64,000 nt of DNA from Antechinus flavipes (GCF_016432865.1 NC_067404.1:36952001-37016000), one strand, 5' to 3'. Positions 11,379 through 24,247 are shown, counted from the first letter of the stretch. Numbers and translations are program-made. The notes: generated by a model from the letters alone, not told the origin.

Positions 11379-11412
11379 GGGGTTGGGGGTGGGGTGGGGA
11401 TGGGGGTGGGGG
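11379..11412 (+). other. G-quadruplex-forming motif
   Basis: ggggttgggggtggggtggggatgggggtggggg has six runs of >=4 G with 1-2 nt loops. Confidence 0.8.
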
Positions 11413-13683
11413 AGAGAAAGCGCCAGACACTTTGGGAGAACTTGACAATTGGGCTGATTTTCCGGCTGCCTTTTTCTGCCGAAAATGTGCCTCGGCCGTC
11501 TTCCGTACCACTGTCTGCTTCTGGCTGGTTATGTATTGAGAATTTGTTCCGTACTATGAATCGGCTAGGCTTTCACTGGCTTCTCAACTTGGCAAAAAAG
11601 CTTTTCTGCTTGGGAGAAAATCTCTGCTTTGGGGCGTTGGCATCAGCAGCCTGATTGATTGATGGGCTCGCTAAATTTTACATAAATGAAATACAAAAAT
11701 GTGAACTGGGTTTTTTAAAATTACCATTGCAGATATCAGAAAGGGTTGTTAACCCCCCCCCCAAAAAAAAACACAAAAAACAAAAAACAAAACAAAACAA
11801 AACCCAACAACCAAACCAAACCAAAACAAAAAAAAAACAACCTGATCTTATCAATAGGAAGTGGATTTTATTGGGGACTGGACTGAAACAAATGTCTGGG
11901 ATTCCAAATTTAGCCCTGACATTTTAAGAGGCTCGTATTTAGTTATTTCACACAGATTCTTGTGATCTTGCAGTGTTGATTTGGGGTGACAAAAAAAGGT
12001 CAGGGTGAGGAGTTGAGCTAATTACAAAGGTTCTTTAAAAGGATAATCTTTTTTACATGTTTCCCCTTCCCCCATTGGGGAAGGGGGCACACACACTAAC
12101 AACTACTGGAAAATTGATTGCTTTACATTTGAGATGCTGACATTCTCAAGAAGGAGATCTGAGCACCCAAAAGCAGTTGGGTTAAAACAAATATTCCTGG
12201 TGCCACTTGCCCATTGGGACCTGCATTGTGCCATAGCCCACTAATTAACTAGTGCTGGTGTTGGAAGCAAGGGCATGCAGTAGAATTTACAGCAGTTGTG
12301 GTGTTTGCCAGCCTGCAGGTTTGGATGCAAGTACATAGAGCTCAGCCCCTAGCAGCAGAGTACCTTTTGCATTCACTTGGAGATGCATGCTGATATCTTT
12401 GGGTGAACTGCATCTCCTTAATTGCTTAGATTTTCCTTCCGGGCCTGCGAATATGGTGAGTATAGGGATTTAGAATCCATGTATTAAACTGGAGGCTTCT
12501 TTGGGGTTCTATTCGAGCCCCTAAAATGCCAGGGATTTGTATGACAGACTTGAAATATCCCATTTAATAGACAGGTTCTTAAGATGGCTCCAATGGTGCC
12601 GATGGCCAAATTTTTATCTTCTTTGAGCCAATGAACCTAGGTTGCAGCCATCCTTTTCCTAGTGGATATTTTCTCCAGGGTGCACTGGGGAAGTGGCTAA
12701 AGTCACTGGCTAAGTGTGCATCATTTTTAGGTAAGACTTTGAGACTTTTCCTATAGTTGTTCATTCTAGAAGACTTGAATTCATCTGCTTTGCTCATAGC
12801 AGGGGGCTTCCATGCTTGGTGAATAAATTGCTGGTGGTGTTAACACTTGCAAATCAAACTGGTTTTTTGGTGCATTGATGTGTAAGTTGGGGGGATGGGG
12901 TTTGAATGTGGAGTAAGGGATTGTTGGTGGCAGTTGGTTACCTGAGAAGCTTTTTACTTTTAAATTTCCTGTAGTAAGTCTCTGTATCTGTTCTGTAGTC
13001 TTTGCTGAATCATCTCAAGACATGCCATTTCTTTGCCAGCCTATGTAAATTACACGAAGTAGCGGTTGGTTTTCCTGCTTAAAACCAGTGGCCTGGAAGC
13101 CCACGTATAACGTTGTCCCCTTTTTTTGCGGGCGACGTTATGGCTTTATTTTGGACAGCTCCAAGGTACAGATCAAATGTTAGGATTTGGTGCAGAATTG
13201 TAAGATTAGTGGGATTCGGGTACTGTCTTCGAGAAGCAAAGATGAAAGGATCTGAGCACGCTTAGCAATAGCGCCCCCTTTTGTCGCTCCCCATCAGCTG
13301 CCTCCCTGAATAAGACTCCTAACAGCCATATTATGTTTTATCTTTTACAAAGCGGTATTTGTTTTTGAAGCTCACAACACCTGGGTGAACTGGGTGCTAG
13401 TGTTATCAATCCCATTTTACATATGAAGCTGCTGAGGTTCAGAAATGCTGGTTTAGGGTTATAGATACGATAAATATTAGAAAGAGGATTTAAATCTAAG
13501 TCTTCTTGACTCCTCACTTGCCCCAAGTGCCTGGTAAAGAAGCCTGTGTTATTTAAAAAAAATGATATTTTCTCCAAAAGCATGGTTACTCTAAGTTCCT
13601 TTTTGTATTGTTGTACCAGTACCGAGTATGTAACACACTAGGTACATGTTTCTTGAATTAAAAATAATTTAAAAAAATAATGC

Positions 13684-13856
13684 AGGCAGGGTCGCATCAT
13701 GAACAAGGGGCCAGCCTTGGAGTCGACAAAACATGGATTCAGGTCCCGGATTGGTTAACACCTGCTGGTTGGATGACCAGACTCTTTAAATACTTGGGAT
13801 AAGTTACAGATCTTTGCCAGTGGAGGGAATCCCCATACCAGAAGATCTTCACTCTG
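13684..13856 (+). mobile_element. MdoRep1-like SINE (RTE-type tail), degraded
   Basis: tRNA-like head and tail gccagtggagggaatccccatacca. Confidence 0.55.
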
Positions 13857-14314
13857 ATAGATCCTAAATCTAAAAAAAAATTAGAAGCTTATTGACATTC
13901 TCAATAAATCTGAACAAATAAACTGAAGCATAGAGCTCCCTTTAAAACCACATGATTGGAATGGTTTACATTTTGATAAAAGACCATAAATGGCGACAAT
14001 AATATTTTATTTGTTGTGTCCCATTCTGTTCTCCTCCTTCCGTCTGTATACTTTTAAAGCTTTACTGCTGCTCTTATATCTAAGTCAACATGTGCTGTTC
14101 TTATTTCTCTTTACTCTGCATCACTTCCTAGGAGTCTATATTTCCTTTTATTCTTCACGTTTGTCGATTTTATAGCACAATAATATTCCATTATTTTATT
14201 AAGAGATAATTATTCAGCTGTTGTCTAATCATTGGGCATAGACATTATTTGGAGTTTTTCCCCAATATAACCGTAACAGCTGTCGTTCTTTTCGCAAAGA
14301 TAAAATCTTTAGCT

Positions 14315-14688
14315 GTGAGGTATCAAACACAAACTTACAACATTCATGAGTACTCCTAGAACCTCATTAAAATGTAATTTGGAAACATTTAACAAGTCAA
14401 ATAAAGATGTAGTAGAACATAGATAATGTCAACTTGTAGTTTTTGAGCTCAATATGTAGCCTATAGGGATTCCTCTTTATGAATATTTTTTGTTTTATTC
14501 TTGGAGGCAATTGGGGTTAGGTGACTTGCCCAGGATCACTCAGCTGGTAAGCATCAGAGACTGGAGTTGAGCTCAGATCTACCTAACTCCAGTGAGAGTG
14601 CTGTTATTCACTGTACCACCTAGCTGCCCCTAATGTATGGTTTTGTGCATTCCTTTCCCCTTTCCCTCTTTTGAGTTTGACACCACAG
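14315..14688 (-). mobile_element. CheshMITE-like hAT-Charlie MITE (interrupted by a SINE)
   Basis: Terminal repeats resemble ggtatcaaacac and gagtttgacaccacag. Internal cctcattaaaatgtaatttggaaacatttaacaag. Decayed 8-bp TSD ctttagct/ctttaggc. Confidence 0.7.
14486..14630 (-). mobile_element. WSINE1/SINE1-type SINE nested in the MITE
   Basis: T tail followed by gaggcaattggggttaggtgacttgccc...ctgtaccacctagctgcccc. Confidence 0.8.
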
Positions 14689-17600
14689 CTTTAGGCTCTG
14701 TAGAATTGTAGTATGATCCTTGAGTCCCAATTTACTTACTATGCAGTTCCAAATTAGACCGCGCCACTTTGCAATTCCACCAACAATGTAATTGTGTGTC
14801 TGTTTCCACACTGTGGATTTTATAGTTTTAAAATATTTAAATCCATTCCTTCCTTAAGGTGGTAGCTCAAGATTTTGATTTGAATTTTTCTGGTTATTAG
14901 AGAGCTTGATTAGTTTTTCAAGTGGTTATTAGCAGTTTGTGTTTTTCTCTTGGAATATTATCTGTTCATTTCCTTTGATCTTTTGGGAATGGGCTATTAC
15001 TGCTGTAAGTTTGTATCTTTGTAATGCTGGCTGTCAGATTTTTATCACCTAGTGATCACTAAAGTCTTCTTCTAATGAGAAGAAAAGAAGATGGAGAGAA
15101 AAGAAAGTACTTTTTAGAGTTTTGTCAGTTTAGTTTTTTTTGCAGCAGCCCTTCTATATTCAATTTAAAATAAAGTGTCCCCTTTTCCTAATCCGGTAGG
15201 GAGAGACAGTGAATGTAGTGGTGAGCTGTTCATTCCTAGGTCTTTGATACATGGAATAAGGATTCACCCCTACACATGTTGAATTTTCTGGATGATATAT
15301 AATTATTTCTCCGTTTTGATAGTAGGCCAGGCCTGCCTTTGTGGACATTGTGGAGAATGCCGGTGTGATTTTTGTCGTTGGTAGGTTATAAGCATTTATT
15401 TCATCCTTTTTTTTCTTAATATACTTAAGAATAAGCTTCACAGCTGCATCGATGACAAGATGTATCATATACATGTATATGTATGTTTATATGTCATAAT
15501 CAAAAGCTCAGGTTAAGTGAATATAACATAGGATTCTAATGTCAAAGAATTAAAATAAAATGTACTTTTAACTCTTTGTGTGACTTTGAGTTCCTTTTTT
15601 TGTGAAAGGTCTCTTCCAGCTCTAGATGATGGTCCCAAATCATTCTGCTCTCTTCTGTACCTCAATGGCCTTATCTGTCAAAAAGAGAAGAAATCTTTTC
15701 TGGCTGGAAAACATCACTCCTAGACTTGTTTTGGAAATTTAGATGCCCCTTTAGGATTTTACAATGCTTCAGGATCCTTGTGTGTAGAGGATCATTTCTC
15801 ATCTTAAATTAGCTAGAGGAGGTATAATATAATGATAACAATTGATATTTTTCTGTGTAAATAGATTCACGGAGGTGAGGTGACTTGGTCTGGATCGATT
15901 GTACTGCTAATACCTGTCGGAGTATTTGTTGTTGAACCTTTGGTCCTGATTTCCCCTCCTCATGTACTCATTCTCTATTAACTTTATTAGCATACTGCAG
16001 AAATGTCTCTTTTGGACTAATTCCCTAATAGTTATGTGCCTCTTTTTCTCATTTCTTTTATAAAGAATTCAGAAAATTCTAGTTTTAAAGCTTGCCATTT
16101 TGGACCTCAAATCAACAAGAGTTTACTGTAATGTTCTGCATCATCTGATTTACATATAAAAATCTGCCCATATTAGGGGACCTCAAACTTCAAACCTCAC
16201 AAATATGCTTAGTTTGTATGTCTTGGGATGCATTTATTGAGTATGCATTATTAGATTATTTAGTTATCTGGCCTTGTGTTTCTGATGGCCCTCCTGGGGA
16301 TAATATTATGGGACAAGATCTCCTCCCCACTGGGTAGCACTATTTTGCACACAGTAGGAGTTTAATAAATGTTAGATTTGTGACTTTAAGTGATTGAATG
16401 GAATTGGAAGTAACTCTAAAATTCAGAGGGGGAATAGAAATAGTGTGGGATTAAGTCACAAGAGATCCCCTTGCAACATCCTAAGGGTACTTGAGAACAT
16501 TGGATAAGGAGTGAAATGTATTGTAACTGGCATTAAGGCAGTGGTGGCTAAAGAATGCTTTCTACAGCAAGAATACCCATGTATCTTCAGCTGCCAACAA
16601 TGCATAATATGTTAGCTTTAAGTTTCTTTGAACCCAAATAGATTTCTGGTTAATTATGTAAATATTAAGTTTTGACTAATTATCTTCCTAATTGCAGTAT
16701 CATGCCAAATGACATCCAGTTCAACCAATAACTTCTAGATGGGACACTTCCTATCTATTCCACAAATACAAGTCACAATACATTATTGTTATTAGAAAAA
16801 TTCAAACACTGATTATGTCTTAGTTGCATCATTATTATCTGAAAAGAAGACAAATGCTCTAATTTTGCAATAGATTTGGGGCCTTGTTGATGTCTTACTC
16901 TTTCCAATAAAACAGATTACAATATACCTGTAAAAAAAAATGTTAGATTTGAAATCCAGCTAAGTTGGGAGAATCATTTGGTACTGACCAGTAACTTGAG
17001 TAAAACTTAAGGGGGAGCTAGTGGTCAAAGTAAGGTTGTTTTAAAAATCCTGCTTATCCTGAATCAGAGGTAACTTAATATGTGCATTGCTAATATAAAT
17101 AACTTTGTAAAAAAAAAAAAAAGCCCTGTGTAAATGTAAGCTATTATTGATAGAACAATTGAGCAAGTACTAGGGCTAGCTGGATGCTTAGCCCCACCGC
17201 TGCTTGTGCAAATGGACCATAACACCTGTGGGGGTAGGTGGGGTGGGGTGGGGGGGAGAGGAAGTAGAAGTTAAATAATAGCCCAACTACTTGAGATCCT
17301 TGGCTTGTGATGGGATCTGGGGGTTGATTTTTTGTGTATTAGGTTGTATTTACATAGTGCCAAAATAACTGGTCTATTCAGTCAGATCCTAGTCAATTAC
17401 TTGGAAGAAAACAAAACAAAACAAACCAGTCAATCCCATTGCTCTCCTGAATGGATAGGTTAGGCCAGTCAAAATGTCTGATTCCATGGCCCTCAAAAGG
17501 CCCAGCCAGCCACATTAAGAGAACATTCATTTTCTCTTAAAGAGAAATGCTGAGAATAACTGCTAAAGGTGCAGTGAAATTTTATATTTGTGTAGAGCAG

Positions 17601-18864
17601 AGGGAACCATGAATCCTTACGGATTTTAGTTGAAGTAAATCCAGAGAGATTGAAATTATTCTCTTAAAGAGATCTCATGAATCAGAGGTTTTATTTTTAA
17701 TATTAATTAGGCTATTAGAATTTTTTTGTTCCCAGTATAGCTTATAAATCATGTAAGAGTTGGGAAGCCCTCTTCCTTGTTTCTGCCAACATCCTCTCCT
17801 TTTACTTTATGGTGTCAGAATGTGTTTGTGGCTAGTGTAATTTATTTTGAGGCTCTTAGGCACCAGTGTTTTCCCAAAGCATTGCTTCTCACTCAGCCCT
17901 TCTCAGAGAATTCAGACTATAGTCTTATTTATGATGTTTTTGCCCTGGGTATAGAGGACGTGGGAAAGACAGCCTGGCTGAATTGAAGAGGTAATGAATA
18001 GTACAGGCCCAGTCAATACCACCAGTAATACTCGGAGCAGACCATATACACTTCAGTTTGAACTTCTTGCCAAGGGACAGCTTGAAAGCAATGTTCTTTC
18101 AAGGTATAAAACATTAGATGTTTTAAATTAGAGGGGAAAAATCGTGGACAAAGACTTTGGCCCACTATACTCCAAGCTCAGTCGGTCTCTTCGAAGCCAT
18201 CAAATTTATTTTGTGTCTTCTACACTCCAAGGAAAATTGCCCTGACCTTGGAGTTCATAGAACCCAACATTTATTAACCTTTTTCTGTGGTGCAAGGTAC
18301 TGAGGCTACCCAGACAAAAATCCAAACTGCATGTCCCCGGGGGCATACGTGTTAATGTGGTTAATTTAAAATTTGTACTGGGGAGCTCTAGGTTTAGAAT
18401 CTGAAAGACTTGTTCTGAGGTCTAGCCCTCCCACTTGCTAGCCACTTGGATAAATCATATTACCTTCTTTTTCATCTGTCAAATGGAGATAGACTCTTTG
18501 GAGGTCTTTGTGTAGAAAGCCTATTGGGAACTCGAAAGCTCACTTCAATGTGAGTTGTTTAATTGGTATTGTTGAATGTGGTATACTTGCACTATATTAA
18601 TACCCTCCTCTTACGCGTCTTAAGGAGGTGAAGGTGGCCCTGGGCTCCCAAAGGCTACAGCATTGAAGTACAAGTTCTGATGGAACTGAGCTGGGGAGGC
18701 TTCCAGTCTCAGCCTGATTGATGACATACATCCTAGAAGCAAACTAGAGACATTTGGAGAGCAGGCTCAGCATCAGCTTAACCACTTGGGGGTGAACATG
18801 TTGGTTATGGCACCTTGTGACTCCTGAGATTGTGCACATGCCCCCTTTCTTACACATACGCATG

Positions 18865-19065
18865 GCCTGGCAGGCAGTCAGGTTCTAAGCCTAGGGGTCA
18901 GACCTGCTTTCAAGGCCTTTCTCTGATACACTGGCCATGTGATTCTAGGCAAGTCACTTAAATCTCTCACTGTTTGAGGTAACTTTCTAAGAGTAAAAGG
19001 TGCAAAGAAGATGCCGATCTTCCCTAGAACAGGTAGTTTTCCTTACTAGCTTAGTTCCCTAGCAT
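18865..19065 (+). mobile_element. MdoRep1-like SINE
   Basis: ctctgatacactggccatgtgattctaggcaagtcacttaaatctctc...taactttctaagagtaaaaggtgcaaagaagatgccgatc...agttccctagcatc. Confidence 0.7.
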
Positions 19066-19069
19066 CAGA

Positions 19070-19990
19070 TCATCTGTCTGTCTATCTCTGTCTCACTCTA
19101 CCTCATTCTGTCTGTCCGTCTCTTTTTCTCTGCTTCTATCACCTTACTCTTTCTCAATCTGTCTCCCCATCTATAGACATCCTTCTATCTCACTGTCTTT
19201 CTTTCTACCACTCTGTCTATCTCTATTTGTCTGTTTCATTCTATCTCGGTCTCTTCTGTCTGTCTCTCATCTTTCTGTGTGTCTCTGTCCCTCATCACAT
19301 TCTTTTATCAGTATTTGCCCAATAATCTCACTATCTTATTTTATCTCTATCTCACCCAACTACCTAATTTATCATCTCTTTGTCTCATTGGCATCTATCA
19401 CCTTCCTTTCTACCTACCTACACCTATCTACCTATGGACCTACTTACTTATTTCAGTCTTTTTGTCTCAGTCTCACTCTATCTCAATATCTCTCCTGTTT
19501 GTCTTATCTATATATTCACCCTTTCTGCGTATCTATCTCCATCCATTATTCCATCTGTCTTTCACCTTTTAATTTCTATCCATTTATCCATCCATCTTTA
19601 CATGTATCCATATGTTGCACTATTTCTCTCAATTTCAATCTTTCGACCTCATTCACTCTTAGCTCCCTACCTAATTTCTTTCTTTCATATAGATCACTTT
19701 TCTACCTATTTGTATCAGTTTTCTTTGTCTCTTTATCTCAATATGTAGTATTTCCTACTTTTTTACCTTTTGTTTCACCCACTTACTAATTTATCTCTTC
19801 CTCTCCCCTGCCTTCTCTTTTCTGTTTCTCTCTGTCTCTTGTCTTTCTCCATCTCTGTCTGTCTGTTTCTGTCCCTCTCCATCTCTGTCTTTCTGTCTCT
19901 CTCCCCTTCCCTTTCCTTTCTATTTGCCTACTGCTTTCTCTGTGTCTGTGTGTGTGTGTCTCTCTCATGTCCACATACATGCATGCACAC
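19070..19990. repeat. ~900-bp degenerate pyrimidine-rich simple-sequence tract (TCTA/TCTG/TCTC/ATCT)
   Basis: Continuous low-complexity sequence almost devoid of G in its centre. It generates the spurious ORFs at 19277-20030. Confidence 0.85.
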
Positions 19991-20755
19991 ATATGTATGT
20001 GTTCTCCATACCCTAACAATTAGACCTTAAAGTACTGACATATAGTATAAAATGCTGACCTCAACTTAGACTTTGTCATTTCTTGTGCATGAAAACTTTT
20101 TTAAAAAACCCAAACCCAAAGTAGCGAGTGTCCCATTAAACCTTGGTAGTAAGTGTGCATTCTTTTATCGCGATCCTCTTGGTGATGACACCATTTGTAT
20201 CTGATTCTGGAACCGCATAATTTAGTGACGTTTTCCCTCAATTTACCTTTGATGGTCATCATGTTAGTCTATACCTTTATCTAAAGGAAGGGGGCAGCAT
20301 GAACGGTGAGGACTTCAGAATCTTAGAGTTGGAAGAGACCTTGACCATTAGTTCATATAGTTCTCTCATTTTGTAGAAAACTGAAGTTTCCAGATCAATG
20401 AAGTGACTTATCTAAGGTCCCACAGCTAGTTAATAGCAGAGTTGGAATTGCCTATTCCAGTCCCAATCCTAGGTCTTTCTGTATGTCTTTCTGTGTGTGG
20501 CAGCTTCAGATGCTGCCATACTTCCATACTTCCAGGGTCTTGATGTGTGTTCTCTGTTAGAAAGTCTTTATGATGTAGGGCAATCCAGTATTGCCACATA
20601 AAGCAAATGGAATGCTTTAAAAAATGATAATCTCTTCAGAGAATATCACTGGCAGCAGAGCCTTCTTGTAAATGTATGATAATACCCGAGCCAAAGAAAT
20701 GAACAAATTGGCTCCATCTGCCAGTGTATGCCTCATTCTGCAACGGTAGTTCCTT

Positions 20756-20909
20756 TTAACAAAATTATTATTATAGCTTTTTATTGACAGAACATATGCA
20801 TGGGTCATTTTTCACCATTGACCCTTCCAAAAACTGCAGTTCCAACTTTTCCCCTCCTTCCCCCCACTCCCTCCCCTAGATGGCAGGCAGTCCAGTGCGT
20901 GTTAAATAT
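20756..20909 (-). mobile_element. 5'-truncated L1 3' end with 17-bp TSD
   Basis: TSD tgcaacggtagttcctt at 20739-20755 and 20910-20926. Body ttatagctttttattgacagaacatatgcatggg...cctagatggcaggcag. Confidence 0.9.
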
Positions 20910-22989
20910 TGCAACGGTAGTTCCTTGCTTTTCTGTTGAAGTGGGGGAGGTTGTCTTCACCATGAGTCCAATGAAGTCACGATTTAGGCATTTCATCAGC
21001 CTTCTCTTGTGGTTTTCCTTTCTGTTATTATGGCTCCTGTGTATGTTGTCTTCTTGCTTGGCTTCAGCTCATTGAAGTCTTCCTGCCTTTGACCGTTACT
21101 TTCAAATGCTCTTTATTTGTTCAGCCATACTCCAATTAATGAGTACCCACCCTTCTTCTATTTCCTTTTTTGACAAAAAGCGATGCTATAAATATTTTTG
21201 CACCATGTATAGCAAACTGTCAGCCTTCCTGGGAGCAAATTGGCGCCCTACTTGGAAAAAGAGAATGTATTGATGTCACTCCATGAAAACGTCAGGACAT
21301 ACTGACCCGTTTGCTGTTCCCCATCTATGATTGTATCTCATCTCCCACTTCCGTGCCTTTGTACAGATGGTCCCTTGGGACTAGAAGGCACTTCCTTCTC
21401 GTGTCAGACTTATTAGATCTCTAACTTCCTTCAAATATCAGCCTGCTTTTTCTGTTTCTTCCTGCACCCCAGTTATGAATATTTCCTCCTTCTTGAGATA
21501 ACGCTATGTTTACTTGTCTATATATCATATCCTACGCCCACCCTCGGCATCTTAGCTTCTTGGTGATAGGGATGTTTGTAGTAATTTTATCCTTGCACCC
21601 ATTGTTCCTGGCACATAGTAAATGCTTAACAAATTATTGTTAAAAACGAATCGAACCACTGAGGAATCACCCAGGCACGTTTCTCTCCCCCACCCTCCCA
21701 ATGCTGTGTTTGGTAACAGCTTTTAGATTTCCTCTTGCTCCTCAGGCATGCTTCACCATCCCCACCCCACAGTCTGATCACTGAATCAGTGATTTAATAC
21801 CCCCAAGACAGCCAGCAGATATAGTGAAGAATATATTGCCCTAGAAGATGAGACCAGCAGACAGATGCTCTCCGTAGCATAGAAGCTGTTAGTTTTAAAG
21901 GTTCTATGAGTGTGGGGGAGTCACTTGAATTCTTTGGCCTTCAGTTTTTTCTTCCACAAAATGGGGAAGAGAAGGGATAAGACCTAGATGAGTTTAAAGA
22001 TCCTTCTAACCGTGAATCTCTGACCTGTTGGCATTTGATTTCTCTAAGGTGGCAGGTAGCCAGCCTTCCATACTGAGATCACCTAATGAAACGAGTAATT
22101 CTTTTATGACTTGGCAGCGAGGACTAATAGAAACTGTATTCCAGTGGTGAATTCCTTAGCAGCACAGGAATTCTGCTGGTTGACAGCAAGTGGAAACTTG
22201 GAAAGGAAGGTCAGAGGAATTGGGAACAGCTGGAAAGGGCCAATTATATAAACCACTCGTGCCTTATGGAAGCTGTATAGGTGCTGGGGGTTGATGCAGG
22301 GAGTAGCTAATGCAAATTGCATCTCATATACTCCAGCATATAATTTGCTCTAATGTTTCTATTCTGTGCATCTATTCCTTGCCTTTCAGTTCTCCTTGTA
22401 TTGTACCTTTTTTTTTTTAGGAAAAGAAAGAAACAAACCCATACATAGCATGTTTTTCTAAGGTAAAAGGTTCTCGAGTACTAGGACTAGAGTAAATAGG
22501 TTTGCTTCTTCCTTTTTGGTAATTTTGGTGTAAAGAATGTTTTATTTGAAAACACAATACCAATTGTTGACGTAGGGAGTTCAACCTGGTTAATGACCAC
22601 TAGTGTTCATTAATTTCAATACATTATAGCAGTGTCATATCTCATTCCTTCTCTTCAAGTCCCCATAAGGAAGGAGCCTTTGTTCATTCATTGTCATTTT
22701 TCCTCATGGCTATAGTCAGTATGTATTATATTTCATTTACTTTTTTTCCTGTTTATTGCATAAATGTCTTTCCATATTTCTTTGTATTCCTCATACTTGG
22801 TCTTAATTGCATCATTTAAGAATTAGGATATTGAACATCTGGGACCAAATTATTCACGCCCTTCCTCCCAGTTGTAGACAGATGCTTGAGTTACAGTTGA
22901 GAAGGGAGAATGCATTACAGAAATTGTTTAGCAAAAATAAAGTGCCCGTAAGCCTACAACAGTAGGGGGGTGGTAGAAAAAGGAGAATT

Positions 22990-23150
22990 GGCTTGAGAAG
23001 AAGAATAAGGACATGGGGGAGTGGAGGGAGGATGGAGGAGAATTTGGAATTGTAAAAAACAAACATACCCTCCCTTCAATCCCCAAAGGTTAAAAATTGC
23101 TTTTACATGTAATTGGGAAAAAATGAAATTTAAGTTATAAATAAAGACCA
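22990..23150 (+). mobile_element. L1 3' end in sense orientation
   Basis: ggagggaggatggaggagaatttggaattg...ttaaaaattgcttttacatgtaattgggaaaaaa. Confidence 0.6.
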
Positions 23151-23628
23151 ATAAATAGGGGGGAAAAGAGAATAAGAAGACCTGGTTTCTAGGCTTTGTT
23201 TTGTTACTACTAATGGCTAGGCAGTACAGTAGATAGAGCACCAGGCCTGGAGTCAGAAAGTTCAGATTTGGACTCAGACACTTATTAGCTGCGTGACCCT
23301 GGATGAATCACTAAAACAAAACACAACAAAAAAAATCTATGCATGCTTCAATTTCCCCAGCTGTAAAATGGGGATAATAGTAGCATCAACCTCAGGCTTG
23401 TTGTGTAGATCAAATGTGAGATAATATTTCTAAAGTGATTAGCATACTGTCTGGTACATAGTATGTTCTATAGAAATGTTTGATATTATTTTTATTAACT
23501 AGCTATATAATCTTAGGCATGTCGTGCAACCTTTCATTTATTAATATGTGAATCAATGATGAATGGGTGAATGAATGAATTCTTCTAAGCCTCAGTTTTC
23601 TCTCTAAAAGGAGGAGATTAGATTATTT

Positions 23629-23868
23629 GGTGACTCAATGGATAGAGTGCTGGGCTTGGAGTGAGGAAGACTCCTCTTTCATCAAATCTGGCCTTAGCAC
23701 TTAGTAGCTGTGTGGTTCTGGGCTAGTCACTTTGCCCTGTTCATCTGGATTTATTCTTCTGTAAAAAGAGCTGGAGAATGAAATGGCAAACCATGCTAAC
23801 ATCTTTGCCAAGAAAACCTCCAAATGGGGTCATGGACATGACTAGAAAATGATCAAACATCAACAGAT
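23629..23868 (+). mobile_element. Mar1 SINE
   Basis: Head tggatagagtgctgggcttggag and tail gaaatggcaaaccatgctaacatctttgccaagaaaacctccaaatggggtca. Confidence 0.85.
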
Positions 23869-24247
23869 TGTCCAAACAATTTTGAGTCTATTTTATATTC
23901 CGTATGTACTTTTGTATGTGTGCATGTTCTCTCCCTCGGTAGAATGTGAACTCCTTAAAACCAGGAATTCCATTTTTTGTCTCTGTCCCCATTCCATGCC
24001 TCTTCTCCCTTGCCTAGCAGAGCATTTGACACACAGTAGATACTTAATGCTTGTTGATTGATTTAAGCATAGTTGAATAGGCAATGAGGAGCAGAACTGG
24101 GATTTGAATTCAGATCCTCTTGGCTATAAAGCCAGTGTCCTTTCCAGTGTACCATAGTTACTATGCTTAATGTGTTGGTGGTTCCATTTCTGCTAGCATA
24201 TTCCAATCCTGAATTTTGTAATACCCAAATACATGTGTGGAAGAGCC

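Larger units (their letters stand above)
13985..15000 (-). mobile_element. Old L1 fragment (ORF2 end/3' UTR) interrupted by a MITE
   Basis: gcacaataatattccatt...attcagctg upstream of the MITE, and gcagttccaaatt...caattccaccaacaatg...gattttgatttgaatttttctg downstream, resemble contiguous reverse L1 sequence. Confidence 0.65.

Noticed and set aside
12379-12418. Inverted repeat ggagatgca...tgcatctcc
   Set aside because: Only a 9-bp stem with a long loop, too short for a pre-miRNA and expected by chance.
12835-12870. gttaacacttgc resembling part of miR-505, which lies in ATP11C intron 1 in eutherians; also tgcacccagtg near 43985
   Set aside because: Short partial matches with no hairpin or matching opposite arm. 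miR-505 is, to my knowledge, eutherian-specific.
16490-16930. AT-rich unique-looking segment tested as a pseudogene or transposase remnant
   Set aside because: Manual translation gives frequent stops and no recognisable motif. Unresolved without a database search.
19277-20030. Hydrophobic ORFs up to 170 aa
   Set aside because: Derived from the low-complexity pyrimidine tract.
21240-21256. ggcgccctacttgga as a CTCF site
   Set aside because: The spacing is one base short of the CTCF core, so it is a poor match.
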